Assembly (NCBI GenBank): GCA_964586775.1
Contig: CAZPJD010000225.1
Span: 464-64,463 of the forward strand
Reading direction: 5' to 3'
From: an uncultured bacterium
Lineage (GTDB): Bacteria > Lernaellota > Lernaellaia > JACKCT01
Length of the DNA: 64,000 nucleotides
Part shown: one piece after another, positions 52,054 through 61,530 of the stretch
Position numbering within the stretch: the first letter of the stretch is position 1
Layout of the letters: each line of letters starts with the position of its first letter
Notes under the pieces: model-generated
Database searches by the model: none
Seen by the model: the letters and a program-made list of their open reading frames with translations, nothing else
Told to the model about the DNA's origin: nothing
Program-made: the position numbers and the translations under genes

Positions 52054-52728
52054 ATGTCCGACCCGTTTGACAACGTCTCCCGGCGGCGCAATCTTTTTGC
52101 GACAGGATCGCCAATGGACGAAAGCCCGCACGACATCCTGCGCTTTCGGCACGCCATCGACCGCATCGACGCGGCGAACGACGACGATCCGCGTCGCGTG
52201 CACGACGAACGCACCGGGCGACCGATCGCCCGCGAGCGGCTGTATTCGCGGCGCATGACCGAAGCCTTGGGACGCCTCGATCGCGATGCGTCGGTCGCGC
52301 AACGGCTCGCGGTGCGCGCGCAGCACATCCGGCGCTGGATGATCGGACGCGACGAATACCCCTTGGACCGCTCCGGGTATCTGCGCTGGCGCGAAGCCCT
52401 CAAGCGTTTCCACGCTGAAACAGTGGCGGCGATCCTGCGCGATGTGGGCTATGACGAAGCGACGATCGCGCGCGTTTCGTCGCTGCTCAAAAAGGAGCGC
52501 CTTCGCACCGATCCCGAGACGCAGACCCTCGAAGACGCGGCGTGCCTCGTTTTTCTGGAGTACGAGTTTGCCGAATTCGCGCCGCGCCACGACGATGCGA
52601 AGATCGTCGAGATCGTGCGCAAGACCTGGGGCAAGATGAGTGAACGAGGCCGCGCCGCCGCGCATCAGATTGTGCCGCGGCTCGACGACTCCCTGCGATT
52701 TCTCGTCGAACGCGCGCTCGCCGAATAG
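52054..52728 (+). CDS. DUF4202-like protein
   Basis: 'LYSRRMTEALGRL...LAVRAQHIRRW...YLRWREALKRFHAETVAAILRDVGYDEATIARVSSLLKKERLRTDPETQTLEDAACLVFLE' resembles DUF4202 family members. Confidence 0.55.
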   Translation: MSDPFDNVSRRRNLFATGSPMDESPHDILRFRHAIDRIDAANDDDPRRVHDERTGRPIARERLYSRRMTEALGRLDRDASVAQRLAVRAQHIRRWMIGRDEYPLDRSGYLRWREALKRFHAETVAAILRDVGYDEATIARVSSLLKKERLRTDPETQTLEDAACLVFLEYEFAEFAPRHDDAKIVEIVRKTWGKMSERGRAAAHQIVPRLDDSLRFLVERALAE

Positions 52729-52731
52729 ATC

Positions 52732-54009
52732 TTACTTCCCGATCGCCGCCGTCAGCACGCGCGGGCCATCCGCCGTGACGAGGATGTCGTCCTCGATGCG
52801 CACACCGCCCACATCACGCCACGCGCCCAGGGCGTCCCAATTCACGCGGTCGCGGTGCGTTTCGCGGCGAACCGGGTCGTCCAGAATCGCGGGCACGAAA
52901 TAGATCCCCGGTTCGACGGTCATCAGAAAGTTCTCGGCAAGCGGCAGATCGACGCGCACGCGCGCGCCGCAGCACATTCGCCCCTCGGGCCGGCCCGACG
53001 CGCGGCCGCCCACGTCGCGCACGCTGAGGCCCACCATGTGGCCGACGCCGTGCGGGAAAAACAGCGCGATCGCACCCGACTCGAGCAGCTCGTCGTCGCC
53101 ACCGCGCACGAGGCCCGCGTCGCGCAGCCCCGTCGCCATCACGCGCGCGGCGGCGCGGTGCACGTCGTGCCATTCGACGCCGACGCGGCAGCCCTCGATG
53201 GCCGCGAGCTGCGCCGCAAGCACGATGTCGAAGATCGCCTGTTGTCGCCCGTTGAACGCGCCGGCGGCCGCGAATGTGCGCGTCACGTCGGCGGTGTAGC
53301 CGTCGATCTCGCCGCCCGCGTCCACGAGCACCACGTCGTTCTCGCCGATGACGCGCGCGCCGGGCTCGAAGTGCAGCACCGCCGCGTTCGAACCCGCGCC
53401 GACGATCGTGCCGTAGCCAACGCCGGTCGCGCCGCTGCGAAAGAACTCGGCCTCGATCTCGATCGCGACCTCGCGTTCCGTGCGCCCCGGGCGAATCATT
53501 TCGCGCGCTTTCGCGTAACCCGCCGCGGTCGCGGCGACGGCGCGTTCGACGAGCGCGATCTCGGCCGCGTCCTTGGGCCGGCGTGCCGCATCGAATCGAT
53601 CCTGAACGCTCGCCGAGATTTCGGCCTCGAACGCGATGCCGGGTACGGGCGCGCCGAGCGACGCGATGCGCCGTCCCGCCCGCGCACGCAGCCACGCGTC
53701 GAGGTGGGCGATGTCCTCACCCGGGGGCACGTCGGGCTCGCCCTCCCACAGACGTTCGTCGGCCGACGCGGGGCGTACGAAGTGCGTCCATCCGCCCATC
53801 GCGTCCCACGCCATCACGCCGCCGGGCCGACGCGAACCCGTGAGCCAGTAGTATTCGGGGTACGGGATGAAGGGATAGGTTTGATCGAGCCCACCGGGCT
53901 TGCCGATCGGCTCGCCCGCGCCGACGCACACCACGTCCGCCGCGCCGCCCATCGCGTCCGCAGCGCGCCGTTTTCTCGCTTTCAGAACGTCATCCGAAAA
54001 AACTGCCAT
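52732..54009 (-). CDS. pepP: Xaa-Pro aminopeptidase (M24B)
   Basis: N-terminal AMP_N-like domain plus pita-bread domain with 'HGVGHMVGLSVRD' and 'MTVEPGIY' motifs. Confidence 0.85.
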   Translation of the reverse strand: MAVFSDDVLKARKRRAADAMGGAADVVCVGAGEPIGKPGGLDQTYPFIPYPEYYWLTGSRRPGGVMAWDAMGGWTHFVRPASADERLWEGEPDVPPGEDIAHLDAWLRARAGRRIASLGAPVPGIAFEAEISASVQDRFDAARRPKDAAEIALVERAVAATAAGYAKAREMIRPGRTEREVAIEIEAEFFRSGATGVGYGTIVGAGSNAAVLHFEPGARVIGENDVVLVDAGGEIDGYTADVTRTFAAAGAFNGRQQAIFDIVLAAQLAAIEGCRVGVEWHDVHRAAARVMATGLRDAGLVRGGDDELLESGAIALFFPHGVGHMVGLSVRDVGGRASGRPEGRMCCGARVRVDLPLAENFLMTVEPGIYFVPAILDDPVRRETHRDRVNWDALGAWRDVGGVRIEDDILVTADGPRVLTAAIGK

Positions 54010-54128
54010 GTGGCCTCCCGTGCGCGCGCATCATACGCCGAACGACGCGAGGTGCGAACATCGAGACGGGTTCGCGGTGGCATCATCGACGCAAATGGGT
54101 GGGAGCGGTTGCGGAAAGCGCCACGGCG

Positions 54129-55397
54129 CTAGGAGAGTATCCTTTTCGGGCGCGGGCGACTTTTGGCGGTCGCGACACCTCGCCGCTCGATCAACGCGCG
54201 CGTACGCTCCACTTCCGCGGCCAGTAACTTTTCGTCGGGCAGCGCGAGACGGTACTGCGCGGCCACGACCTTGTTCGGCAAGCCCTCGAGGGCATAGCGA
54301 GCGAGCGCCGCACCCCTGCTCGTACATAGGATCAGGCCCACGGGCGGGTTCTCGTCGTCGGCCATCCAATGCTCCCGCGCGTAGTTCAGATACATATGCA
54401 TCTGCCCGGCGTCGGCGTGCGTGAACTTGCCGACCTTGAGATCGATCACGACCAGACAGCGCAGGCGGCGGTGGAAGAACAACAGATCGACGCGATACCA
54501 CTCGTCGTCGATGCGCAGACGGCGCTGGCGGCCGACGAACGCGAAGTCGCCGCCCAGTTCGAGCAGGAAGCGCTCGAGTTGTTCGATGAGCGCGCCTTCG
54601 AGTTCGCTCTCGGAATATTCGTCGCGCAGCCCCAGGAATTCGAGCACCAGCGGGTCCTTGATCTCCTCCTCGGGCGTGACGGCATCGCCGGGTCTCGGCT
54701 TCGCCCCCTTGCGGAGCATCGCCGCCTTGTTGCGCGACATCAGGGTGCGTTCGTAGAACAGGCTCGAGATCTGGCGGTCGAGCTGGCGCACGGTCCATCC
54801 GCCGCGCAGCGCCTCGGTCTCGTAGAAACGGCGCGCGTCTTCGGACACGACGGAGAGCAGGCGAACGTAGTGCGACCAAGGGAGCGGGAACGCTTGCGCC
54901 AATTCGTGTAGGCCAAGTTTCCGCGAGGAGGTCACAGGCCCAAAGGTCGAGCGGTCGCTCGCGGCGGATTTTCCAGACAGTGTCTGGCGATTCGAGGTCC
55001 CCACGCTTTTCGAAGATTTGCCAGACAGTGTCTGGCAAATGTTCTCCGGCGGATACGACTCGAAAAATGACCTCATGTTCTGAAGATTCTGACGCGAGAA
55101 TCCCCGACCGATTTTTTTCGTCAAATCACCGGCAAGCATTTCCAGCAGCCGCTTGCCGTAAGTCGCCCTCGTCTCGCCGCCCTGCTCGGTCTCGACGATC
55201 CTCCGCCCGATTTCCCAGTAGGTCGCGGTCATGACCGCATTGACGGCTCTGGCCGACGCACGCCGGGCGGACTCCAGCAGCGCCACGACATCGGAGAGGA
55301 CGCGGTCGTAGCCGCCGACCGGATTGCCGCTCGACGCGCCCGGCACCGCCGCCCGTTTTCGCGCGGGCGGAGTCCGCTTTCGCTCAGTAGCTGCCAT
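54129..55397 (-). CDS. DUF1016 / YhcG-family PDDEXK nuclease-fold protein
   Basis: N-terminal 'GYDRVLSDVVALLESAR...TYWEIGRRIVE' DUF1016_N; C-terminal 'VVIDLKVGKFTHADAGQMHMYLNYA' PDDEXK core; low-complexity Ser/Lys insert in the middle. Confidence 0.75.
   Translation of the reverse strand: MAATERKRTPPARKRAAVPGASSGNPVGGYDRVLSDVVALLESARRASARAVNAVMTATYWEIGRRIVETEQGGETRATYGKRLLEMLAGDLTKKIGRGFSRQNLQNMRSFFESYPPENICQTLSGKSSKSVGTSNRQTLSGKSAASDRSTFGPVTSSRKLGLHELAQAFPLPWSHYVRLLSVVSEDARRFYETEALRGGWTVRQLDRQISSLFYERTLMSRNKAAMLRKGAKPRPGDAVTPEEEIKDPLVLEFLGLRDEYSESELEGALIEQLERFLLELGGDFAFVGRQRRLRIDDEWYRVDLLFFHRRLRCLVVIDLKVGKFTHADAGQMHMYLNYAREHWMADDENPPVGLILCTSRGAALARYALEGLPNKVVAAQYRLALPDEKLLAAEVERTRALIERRGVATAKSRPRPKRILS
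54973..55035. repeat. Two identical 15-bp perfect palindromes CCAGACAGTGTCTGG, 48 bp apart, inside the DUF1016 CDS
   Basis: Seen directly at 54973-54987 and 55021-55035; they encode the duplicated 'QTLSGK' peptide in the low-complexity insert. Confidence 0.5.
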
Positions 55398-57606
55398 ACG
55401 CCGCGTTGAGTTCGCCGAAGTCGTAGAACAGGTCCCCGACGCCGTCGGGCGTCCACAGACTCCAGGCGAGTTCCTCGGTCGCGGGCAGCCACAGCCAGTT
55501 CGGATCGGCGAAGTCGTCGCTCGTGCCCGGCGTCGGTTTGCCGATGAAGCCCGAGCCGCCGAAGTCGCTCGCGTTCTTCATCCACATGAAGCTCTGGCTC
55601 ACGTTGTCGCCGCCGGGGCCGCCCACGTAGGACGCGATGCCCGCCGCCGAGAATTCCGTGAACGTCGAAAACGCGTAGACGTAGTTGAGGATCGCCGAGC
55701 CGTTGGCAAGCCACGCGCACCAGGTGATGCCGTCGTCTTTGGGAATCAGGCCGTAGACGCTCGGCGGCTCGGGCGGATTCTCGCCCGGCGCGGGCGCGGC
55801 GAGGCGCGAGCCGTTCTGCATCGACGCGATCATGTCGGCCCACACGAAGACGTGCGTGCCCGGCATCTGCGAACGCACCCGGCGCACGACCTCGCTCACC
55901 GAATAGCCGAACAGCTCGGCGGGGGATTTTGCCGCCGACGCGCAGACGGGGTTTTCGTTGAAGCGCGCGATGTCGGTGTGGCCGATGTGGATCGCAGTGG
56001 GTGCGAGCACATCGCGGATGTTCGCGAGCATCGGCTCTAAAATGTCCGTGTACATTCCTTCGACGAGCGGGCAGGTGTCGTCGCTATCGCCTTCGGCGCA
56101 GTCGTATCCGCGCAGCGCGCACTCGGCGATCACGCGATCGGCGTGGCCGTACCACGAAAATGCGGGCACGGGTTCCATGCCGTGGGCGCGCACGAATTCG
56201 AACAGTTCGGAGCCGTCCTCGCGCACGAACTCGTTATCGAGATCGAAGTACCAGTCGCCGGGGATGACGAGGTGCGTGAGCTTGAGCTCGCCGAGGTAGC
56301 GGATGCGGCGCTTGGCCTCGTCGGTGAGCGGCAACAGGTTTTCAACGACCGTGCCGCGGATCGGGAAATCGGGCCGATCGGCGACGGTGATCGCGGGGAT
56401 CGCTTCGGCGCTTTCGTGCTGGTTGACGACGCGCAACAGGCTGCCCGTGCCGTAGATGGCGCCGGCGAAATCCGCGCCCGCCACGGCGATGCCGCTCGCC
56501 GAGACCTCGAGCAAGTACGAACCGGGCACGGTGCCCGCGGGCAGAAAGCGCGCGTCGTTCATGGCGCGCAGCACGCCGTTGTCGTCGAGGGTGCCGATGG
56601 CGATGACGTTATCCGCGCCGGTCACATCGACCGATGGCGCGAGCGCGGGCCGCGAGCCGGTCATGCGCTCGATGGCGTCCTGCAGAAACGACGCGACATC
56701 GGCGTAGCGCGACATCTGGTCGGGCGGCAGGGCGATCACGGTTTCGGCGTTCGGGGTAAAGCCCGCCTCGGGGCGGAAGCCCGCGGGGTGCGGCTCGGGC
56801 ACGATCGCCAGCTTGTAGGGACTTTGCACATCGGCGCGGAAGCCGCGGTCGTAAATTTCGGCCTCGCTCATCGCGCGATTCCACACACGCAGGTCGTCGA
56901 CCAGCGCGTCGGGCGCGGAGCCGGTTTGCAGGCCGCCCAACAGGATCGGCACGTCGGCGTCGAAGCCGGAGACGGGGCCGCGCATCTCGGCGACGAGCGA
57001 TCCGTCGAGATACAGGCGACGCACGGCGTCGTGATCGCGGTCGCCCACGCCCTTCCACGTGACGGCGAAGTGCGTCCATCCGCTGCGCCAGATCCACGGC
57101 TTGCGGATCGAGAAGCCATAGTAGTCGAGCACGGGGCGGTCGTCGGTGGGCGTCACGCCCGCGCCGCCGATGGCGAAGACGGGCTTGTTCTTCAGGCCGT
57201 CCTTGAACATCGAAAAATTCGTCTCGTCGCCGATGGCGAGCAGGTGGCGCTTGATGCCGTCGTGCCAGACGGTCTTGGGCAGCACCCACATCTCGAGCGT
57301 GCCGTCGGTCGAGGGCACGCGGCCGATGGCCGGGGCGACGAGCTGCACGCCCTCGCCCAGCGCGATCGCGTTGCCGGTCAAACCCGGCACAAACGCCGCG
57401 TCGGCGTCGCCCGCGACCAGCGTCGCGCCCTTGGCGGCCAAGTCGTCGGCGCTCTCGAAGTCGAGCGACCACACGAGCTCGCCGCCATCGTCGTCATCGT
57501 CGTCGTCATCGCCGCCGGAGCAAGCCGACGCAATCAGCGCGACGCACGCCGCCACGCACCAAATCCCCAGCGCGCCGAATCGCGCGTCGCGAAGTTTTCG
57601 CGTCAT
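55384..57606 (-). CDS. Lipoprotein with poly-Asp tether, LamG/concanavalin-like domain and GH20-like (beta-hexosaminidase-related) domain
   Basis: 'MTRKLRDARFGALGIWCVAACVALIASAC' + 'SGGDDDDDDDDGG'; LamG-like 'LYLDGSLVAEMRG...LRVWNRAMSEAEIYDRGF'; GH20 domain-2-like 'ITVADRPDFPIRGTVVENL' and 'AIHIGHTDIA' in place of the canonical HIGGDE. Confidence 0.6.
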   Translation of the reverse strand: MTRKLRDARFGALGIWCVAACVALIASACSGGDDDDDDDDGGELVWSLDFESADDLAAKGATLVAGDADAAFVPGLTGNAIALGEGVQLVAPAIGRVPSTDGTLEMWVLPKTVWHDGIKRHLLAIGDETNFSMFKDGLKNKPVFAIGGAGVTPTDDRPVLDYYGFSIRKPWIWRSGWTHFAVTWKGVGDRDHDAVRRLYLDGSLVAEMRGPVSGFDADVPILLGGLQTGSAPDALVDDLRVWNRAMSEAEIYDRGFRADVQSPYKLAIVPEPHPAGFRPEAGFTPNAETVIALPPDQMSRYADVASFLQDAIERMTGSRPALAPSVDVTGADNVIAIGTLDDNGVLRAMNDARFLPAGTVPGSYLLEVSASGIAVAGADFAGAIYGTGSLLRVVNQHESAEAIPAITVADRPDFPIRGTVVENLLPLTDEAKRRIRYLGELKLTHLVIPGDWYFDLDNEFVREDGSELFEFVRAHGMEPVPAFSWYGHADRVIAECALRGYDCAEGDSDDTCPLVEGMYTDILEPMLANIRDVLAPTAIHIGHTDIARFNENPVCASAAKSPAELFGYSVSEVVRRVRSQMPGTHVFVWADMIASMQNGSRLAAPAPGENPPEPPSVYGLIPKDDGITWCAWLANGSAILNYVYAFSTFTEFSAAGIASYVGGPGGDNVSQSFMWMKNASDFGGSGFIGKPTPGTSDDFADPNWLWLPATEELAWSLWTPDGVGDLFYDFGELNAAYGSY

Positions 57607-57610
57607 GGAT

Positions 57611-60400
57611 CTACTCCTCCAACACGTCTGGATCGAGCGGGTCGGCCAGCCATTCGGGATCGACCAGCATGTAGAGGTTGTCCTCAATGATCTGGCCTTG
57701 GCTCTTGAGGAACAACGCGGCCTGACGGCGCGCGGCGATGGAATACATGATGGAGTAGGGGTCGAAGCGCGGGGCGAGCATGTACTCGTGGTTGTATCCC
57801 GGGTGCACGCGCCACGCCTGATGCGCCACGCTCTGCAACGGCAGGTTGCCGTTGGCGAACGACACGCGGATCTCGTTGAGCGCGCCGCGGTCGAGCAGAT
57901 TGTCCATGTGCCAATCGTCGATGACGCCCGCCGCGCGGATGATCGCCGTGCCCGCCTGCAGAGGAATCGCCGAGTCGGGCGAGCACACCTGCATGATGAA
58001 GTTCTTCGGGCCCGCCTCGGTCACCGGATCGAGGAACAGGTGCGGCGCGAAGCTGATGGGGTCGGACAGGCCGACGGCCCACTGCGCGTTGTCGATGAAC
58101 GAGCGCGCCTCGGGCGTGTTGCGATCGACGCCCAGGCCCCGGTACTCGGTGGCGAACTCGAACTTGCCGATGGGCTTCTCGGTCGCCGGATCGGTCACCG
58201 TCAGCCGCAGCCAGTCGCCCTTGTCCGCGCCCACCGCGATGGCGAAATTCCCCGTCGCGTCCACCGTCTTGTGCTTGATGACGCCGGTCTTGGTGTTTTC
58301 CATGCTGATGCGCTTGCCCGCCGCGAGGGGCACGTCGCCGATGAAGGTGTTGAACACCTCGCTGCCGAATTCGAGATCGAGCGCCTCGGCGTGATAGTTG
58401 AGGTGCGTCACGCCCTTGGCCGCGTCGGGCGTGCCGATGATCATGGGACCGAGCAGGTCGGCGCGCACGCCGTAGTTGACGTTGGGGATCGTCGTGCGCT
58501 GCAAAATGTCGGTGAGACCGCCGCCGGGCACGTTGAACACGGCGGACTTGATCTCGGGCTCCAGCGACACGAAGGGAATGCCGATCAGCGAGCCGAGGCT
58601 CATGCCGACGAACGAGATTTCACCGTCCGGCCCGGCCACGTCGAGCACGCCGTCGAGGTTGAAATCGCCCTCCTCCAGATCCAGCTTGCCGTTGCCGTTC
58701 CAATCCGTGCCCATGTTGCGCAGCACGCGCACGGCCTGGAAAAGATCGAACACGGTTTGGTGCGAGATCGCCACCGTGCGGAAGATGTCGGCCGAATAAA
58801 AGCTCTGGCCCGAGATGATGAGCCCGTCGCCGTCGAAGTCCGGCGTGCGCCCGTGCAGCATCGCGCCCAGGAACGTCTTGTCCTTCAGCACCTGCACCAG
58901 CTCTTTCGAATCGAGGCCGCTGATGTCGATGTTGGGGTAGAAGATCCCCATGATGATCTTGACAAGCAGGCTCGCCGGCACGTCGCCCAGCGGGCCGATC
59001 TCAAGGTCGTTGAAGCTGTCGAGCGCGTAGTAGATGGCGCTCACGTAAGTCTCGGGGCCGTGCTCCGCCGCGTCGATACCGATCGTCGCGATGCCCTGCT
59101 CGGCCATGTGGTTCGCCAGCGCCAGCATGTCGAGCCGGTTGCGGATGTTGGCGTGCTGGTGGAACGTGATCGGGTACGGCGGCTGCGCATAGTTGTTCTT
59201 GGCGCACGGCTTGGGCACCGCGATGTAGAACGGCACCTCCTCGGGCGCCCACTCGGCCTCGCCGGTTTCGTAGTTCACGTGAAAGACGCGGTCGTGCGTT
59301 TCGAGGAAGCTCGCGGTCGTGAACGATCCCGAGACGATGTAGTCCACGCTGTCGGTGCCGAACATGACGTCGAGCGGCACGTTCTGGCCGCCCTCGATGA
59401 ATCCGCCGATCAGATCCATGAAGCTGCCGAAGGCCCGCGCGTCCATGACGTAGTCGTTGCCGTCGGTCTCGGTGCCCATCGAGAACGGATCGAGCTGCGT
59501 GATCTTGGGGACGAGATCGTCGGCGAGGTAGTCGAATGGGCCCTCGCCGTGAAGTCCGCGCCGCAGCTCCTGCAAATGATCGGTGATCGTCGCCGTCGTG
59601 AATTCCCAACCAAACGCGATGTCCTCGGGATTCACGCCTTTTTTCGTCGCCAGAATCTCGGCGGCGTCGGTGAGCGAATCGAACTGCTCGGGGAACGTGA
59701 CCTTTTCAAAATAATCCGGCGGGCGCACCGGGAAACCGTTCTCGCCCTTCAGGCCGGTCGTCAGCACCACGGCGTATTTGCTGGCCTGCTTGAGCGGCAC
59801 GAGCGGGCGGATCAGCAGCGTGTTCGTCGCGTCCTCATACCACTCCACGCGGTTGTCCGCGGCGAAGATGACCGTGGGGTTGTCGGCGTTTTCGTCGTTC
59901 GGGAAAAACGCCTCGGGGTCCACCATGTTCTTGGGGTAGTAGCCCTTGCCCAGGTCGAGCTCGACGATGTCGCCGTAGTACTTGGAGTCGCGCTGCACGT
60001 TGACGAGGTAGATGTTCTCGTCGCGGATCGTGAACAGGTTGATCGGCATCGAGAACGACACGGCGACGTGCGAGAAGTTCGCGAAACCGTCGAGCTGACG
60101 AAGCCTCGAGCGCAGGTCGCGCCCGAGCTGCGTCTCGGCCTCCTGCGGAATGTTGACGCGAAGGCCGGTGCGCGTCGTCGGGTCGTCTTTGGCGAGGATG
60201 TTGTTGGGCTGCGGGATCAGCGAAATCGGTTTCGCGCCCGGCTCGAAGAGCACCTCGGGGCCGTCGCCGCCGGGGTTCTCGAAGTCGTAGCCCTCGGGCC
60301 GCTCATCGTCCGATTCGCCGCGGGTGCATCCCCCCGCCGTCACGAGCGCGAGCGCCAGCACCGCCAAACCTACCCACGACCAATTCGCTTTCACCACCAT
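57611..60400 (-). CDS. Large secreted (lipo)protein of unknown function with possible alpha/beta-hydrolase nucleophile elbow
   Basis: Start chosen at 'MVVKANWSWVGLAVLALALVTAGGC' (ORF extends to 60685 through an Arg-rich, unlikely segment); 'FVGMSLGSLIG' GxSxG-like; 4-bp gap to the downstream lipoprotein gene. Confidence 0.55.
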   Translation of the reverse strand: MVVKANWSWVGLAVLALALVTAGGCTRGESDDERPEGYDFENPGGDGPEVLFEPGAKPISLIPQPNNILAKDDPTTRTGLRVNIPQEAETQLGRDLRSRLRQLDGFANFSHVAVSFSMPINLFTIRDENIYLVNVQRDSKYYGDIVELDLGKGYYPKNMVDPEAFFPNDENADNPTVIFAADNRVEWYEDATNTLLIRPLVPLKQASKYAVVLTTGLKGENGFPVRPPDYFEKVTFPEQFDSLTDAAEILATKKGVNPEDIAFGWEFTTATITDHLQELRRGLHGEGPFDYLADDLVPKITQLDPFSMGTETDGNDYVMDARAFGSFMDLIGGFIEGGQNVPLDVMFGTDSVDYIVSGSFTTASFLETHDRVFHVNYETGEAEWAPEEVPFYIAVPKPCAKNNYAQPPYPITFHQHANIRNRLDMLALANHMAEQGIATIGIDAAEHGPETYVSAIYYALDSFNDLEIGPLGDVPASLLVKIIMGIFYPNIDISGLDSKELVQVLKDKTFLGAMLHGRTPDFDGDGLIISGQSFYSADIFRTVAISHQTVFDLFQAVRVLRNMGTDWNGNGKLDLEEGDFNLDGVLDVAGPDGEISFVGMSLGSLIGIPFVSLEPEIKSAVFNVPGGGLTDILQRTTIPNVNYGVRADLLGPMIIGTPDAAKGVTHLNYHAEALDLEFGSEVFNTFIGDVPLAAGKRISMENTKTGVIKHKTVDATGNFAIAVGADKGDWLRLTVTDPATEKPIGKFEFATEYRGLGVDRNTPEARSFIDNAQWAVGLSDPISFAPHLFLDPVTEAGPKNFIMQVCSPDSAIPLQAGTAIIRAAGVIDDWHMDNLLDRGALNEIRVSFANGNLPLQSVAHQAWRVHPGYNHEYMLAPRFDPYSIMYSIAARRQAALFLKSQGQIIEDNLYMLVDPEWLADPLDPDVLEE

Positions 60401-60627
60401 CCCCCAAGCCGAAGCGCGCCCCACGCACGCGCGCATCGCGACCGATGCCCTTCGCGCGGGGGTCGTCACAGGGGCGAAAGTGTACCGCTCGCGCCAAGTG
60501 CTCGCAAGCCGTTTTGAAAGGTTATTCAAATGGACGGTGTGGCGCGGCCGAGCTCGGGGACATGCAGCGCGAAGCGATGCGTGTCCCCGACCGATCAAGC
60601 CAAGCGAAGCGAGACGGGGCGCGGGCC

Positions 60628-61368
60628 TCAGCCCGGCGTGCCCCCGTTCACGATCACGGGCAGCTTCGATTTCCAGTTGTTCCAAACATCATCGTTTGTG
60701 GCGAGATCGCACATGAAGTGCGCCACATTCGCCATGTTGGTGCTGCCGGGCGCGAAGAGGCTGTTCACGAGGCCCTCGTGCGTCGCGTAGGGCGTCACGT
60801 CGCCATCCAGCAGCGAGTCGGGCCGGAGGGCCACCCACTCGACGCACGGGTTCGCCTCGCCGATGCGCTGTATCAAGAAATCCGCCGCGCGCTGGTTGTC
60901 CTTTGCCGGCGGAACCAAGGCTCGGATCAGGCCGACCACCGCCCTCTCGAACGCGCCCCGGCGCGTGTCGAGCCCGCCCGGGCGATTGACCGAGACGCTG
61001 CTCATCAGGATGAACCGCACGGGCCGCGCGGGACGCGTCGCCTCGATCGCGCGGCACAGGCGCTCGGTCGCCCGCGCCACCAGATCGCGCGGCGGGCCGA
61101 AGACGCCCCTGAAGCTGAGGACGTGGCCGAGGCACGAGATCACCGCGACGCACCCGCTCGTGTGGCGCGAAAGCTCGTCGTCCGAAAGCGAGAGCAAATC
61201 GGCGACGATCACGTCGAGGTCGGCGTGCCCCGCCACGCCCGGCGGGAGCCGATCGGCGGAACGCACGATGGCGCGCACGCGAACGCCCCGGGCGAGGAGC
61301 TGCGTCAACACGCGCCCGCCCGTGCGCCCGGTGCCGCCGACGAGAAGAACGGGTTGTGGTGTGGTCAT
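60628..61368 (-). CDS. NAD(P)H-binding SDR-family oxidoreductase (NmrA/BVR-B-like)
   Basis: 'VLLVGGTGRTGGRVLTQLLARG' Rossmann motif; 246 aa. Confidence 0.7.
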   Translation of the reverse strand: MTTPQPVLLVGGTGRTGGRVLTQLLARGVRVRAIVRSADRLPPGVAGHADLDVIVADLLSLSDDELSRHTSGCVAVISCLGHVLSFRGVFGPPRDLVARATERLCRAIEATRPARPVRFILMSSVSVNRPGGLDTRRGAFERAVVGLIRALVPPAKDNQRAADFLIQRIGEANPCVEWVALRPDSLLDGDVTPYATHEGLVNSLFAPGSTNMANVAHFMCDLATNDDVWNNWKSKLPVIVNGGTPG

Positions 61369-61530
61369 TTATCGAACCCCTCCGACCGTCTTGTAAGGCT
61401 CAATACACAAGTGCCGCAAGAGGTGGACCGGGGCGAGGCGCACGGATCACGCGCGATGTCGGCCTGACGCAACGTTTTTCGCGCGAATACCGCGGCGAAC
61501 CGGCTCGCGCTGGACGCCCCTCGTCGGCCT

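Noticed and set aside
51163-52665. 500-aa minus-strand ORF
   Set aside because: It is antisense to the pentapeptide-repeat gene and the DUF4202-like gene. Repeat regions commonly produce long mirror ORFs.
57146-60517. 1123-aa plus-strand ORF
   Set aside because: It is antisense to two minus-strand secreted-protein genes that are separated by a 4-bp gap with proper signal peptides. It is Arg/Val/Ala-rich.
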